In this document: piece by piece, positions 32,643 through 33,546 of the stretch
Layout of the letters: each line of letters begins with the position of its first letter
Numbering within the stretch: position 1 is the stretch's first letter
Source: Candidatus Saccharimonadales bacterium
GTDB lineage: Bacteria > Patescibacteriota > Saccharimonadia > Saccharimonadales > JBBSJF01
NCBI GenBank assembly: GCA_038257495.1
Contig: JBBSJF010000001.1
Coordinates: 1-33,546, forward strand
Reading direction: 5' to 3'
Length of the DNA stretch: 33,546 nt
Program-made: the position numbers and the translations under genes
Notes under the pieces: generated by a model
The model's input: only the letters and a program-made list of their open reading frames with translations
What the model was told of the DNA's origin: nothing
Databases searched by the model: none

Positions 32643-33546
32643 ACCGCATACCAGATTATGCGACAATGCTGCAAGAGGACGCAGAACGCGCGATTATCCG
32701 TGTTATTGCTGATGATTTCTTCATTTACTGTGAACGTAACCTAGTCATCGAAGACAAACTAACCAGTGAGATTATTCCTTTGGTGGAGGTCATCAACTGG
32801 CAGCAGCGGAAGTTAGTTGGGCTAGTGCTTCAGGATATTCAGAACGGCTTGCCAGTACGCTACATTATTCTAAAGGCTAGGCAGATGGGTCTTTCCACCA
32901 TTATCGAGGCACTTGGTTACTGGTGGACCACCACGCATCGCAACATTCACAGCCTTATTATTGCTCACGATTCAATGGCTGCATCCAACTTGTACGAAAT
33001 GTTCAAACGCTATTTTGATTACAGCCATAGTCACTTCCAGCCGACTAGGAAATATAACAATAAGAAAGAACTAGTGTTTGATGTCGATGACCGCATTAAA
33101 GAGGAATGGAACGAACACGTTTCGGGCTGTCGTGAGTCTGAATCCTGTGGTGTCAGTCACAAGCCACCTGGTCTTGGTAGCTCAATCAAGACGATGGTTG
33201 CATCCGAAGGCAAGGGTCGCTCACTAAAGATTCACTTTTTCCACGGCTCAGAGGTTGCCTTTTGGGAAGGCTCCGCTGACGTTGCATCCGCAGCTATGCA
33301 AGCGGTCCCAATGGCTAAAAACACCTTTGTCTTTTTGGAGAGTACTGCCAACGGGGTCGGTGGCTACTACTACGACACCTGGCAGTCTGCCAAGCGCGGT
33401 GAATCAAACCTGAAGCCATTGTTTTTTGCCTGGCACGAACACGAGGAATATGAAATCCGCGGTACGTGCAACGACAATTACGATGAAGAAGAAGTTGAAC
33501 TACTGAAAATATTTCAGGAAAAAGGGTACAACCTAGAAGTTTGGGA
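32600..33546 (+). CDS. terL: Second large terminase subunit (Terminase_6-like), 3'-truncated by the window edge
   Basis: Translated by hand from ATG 32600. Motifs: ILKARQMGLST (Walker A), LKIHFFHGSEVAFW (Walker B / catalytic Glu), LESTANG. Open to the window end, so absent from the ORF track. Confidence 0.7.
   Translation, partial: MANQLSEDTRRTIVDRIPDYATMLQEDAERAIIRVIADDFFIYCERNLVIEDKLTSEIIPLVEVINWQQRKLVGLVLQDIQNGLPVRYIILKARQMGLSTIIEALGYWWTTTHRNIHSLIIAHDSMAASNLYEMFKRYFDYSHSHFQPTRKYNNKKELVFDVDDRIKEEWNEHVSGCRESESCGVSHKPPGLGSSIKTMVASEGKGRSLKIHFFHGSEVAFWEGSADVASAAMQAVPMAKNTFVFLESTANGVGGYYYDTWQSAKRGESNLKPLFFAWHEHEEYEIRGTCNDNYDEEEVELLKIFQEKGYNLEVW

Noticed and set aside
1-33546. Window as a circular genome read more than once (wrap-around)
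   Set aside because: Identity between the two ends of the 30.7-kb interval lasts only 120 bp, after which the sequences are unrelated.
1-33546. Integrase and att sites, or tRNA and tmRNA genes marking a prophage boundary
   Set aside because: I could recognise no tyrosine or serine recombinase motifs and no cloverleaf-capable sequence. The boundaries cannot be placed from this window.

Overview
The window is tailed-phage (siphovirus-type) DNA, almost all on the + strand with tightly coupled genes. No rRNA, tRNA, CRISPR array, integrase or reverse transcriptase was recognised.

Layout:
- 1-1400: the tail end of an early module.
- 1599-22857: a late module. It holds fibre-like genes and two minus-strand glycosyltransferases, then head-tail adaptors, DUF4355-type scaffold, HK97-fold capsid, SPP1-type portal and a gp6-like connector. 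These are followed by tail tube, a G/GT chaperone pair with a CCCAAAA -1 slippery site, tape measure, Dit, Tal, more fibre genes, an HNH gene, lysin and holin.
- 22854-27260: a frameshifted HNH gene, ParB-like gene, N6-adenine methyltransferase, TerS and a Terminase_1-type TerL.
- 27363-28088: a minus-strand LysM-CHAP hydrolase.
- 28100-28660: a promoter and palindrome control region.
- 28663-33546: a second early operon with a pentapeptide-repeat protein and a RecA-like ATPase. It ends in a second, unrelated Terminase_6-type TerL that runs off the window.

Main unusual points:
1. Two different large terminases lie about 5 kb apart, and a 120-bp perfect repeat (1-120 = 30712-30831) ends abruptly inside paralogous early genes.
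2. There is an unusual density of perfect or near-perfect in-frame tandem repeats, with units of 6, 9, 15, 27 and 72 bp.
3. A Thr-rich 13 x 24-aa repeat fibre converges on two glycosyltransferase genes.
4. An identical 30-nt leader precedes both the portal and the tape-measure genes. Terminator plus extended -10 cassettes recur across the late region.

All homology statements are motif recognition by eye, not database searches.
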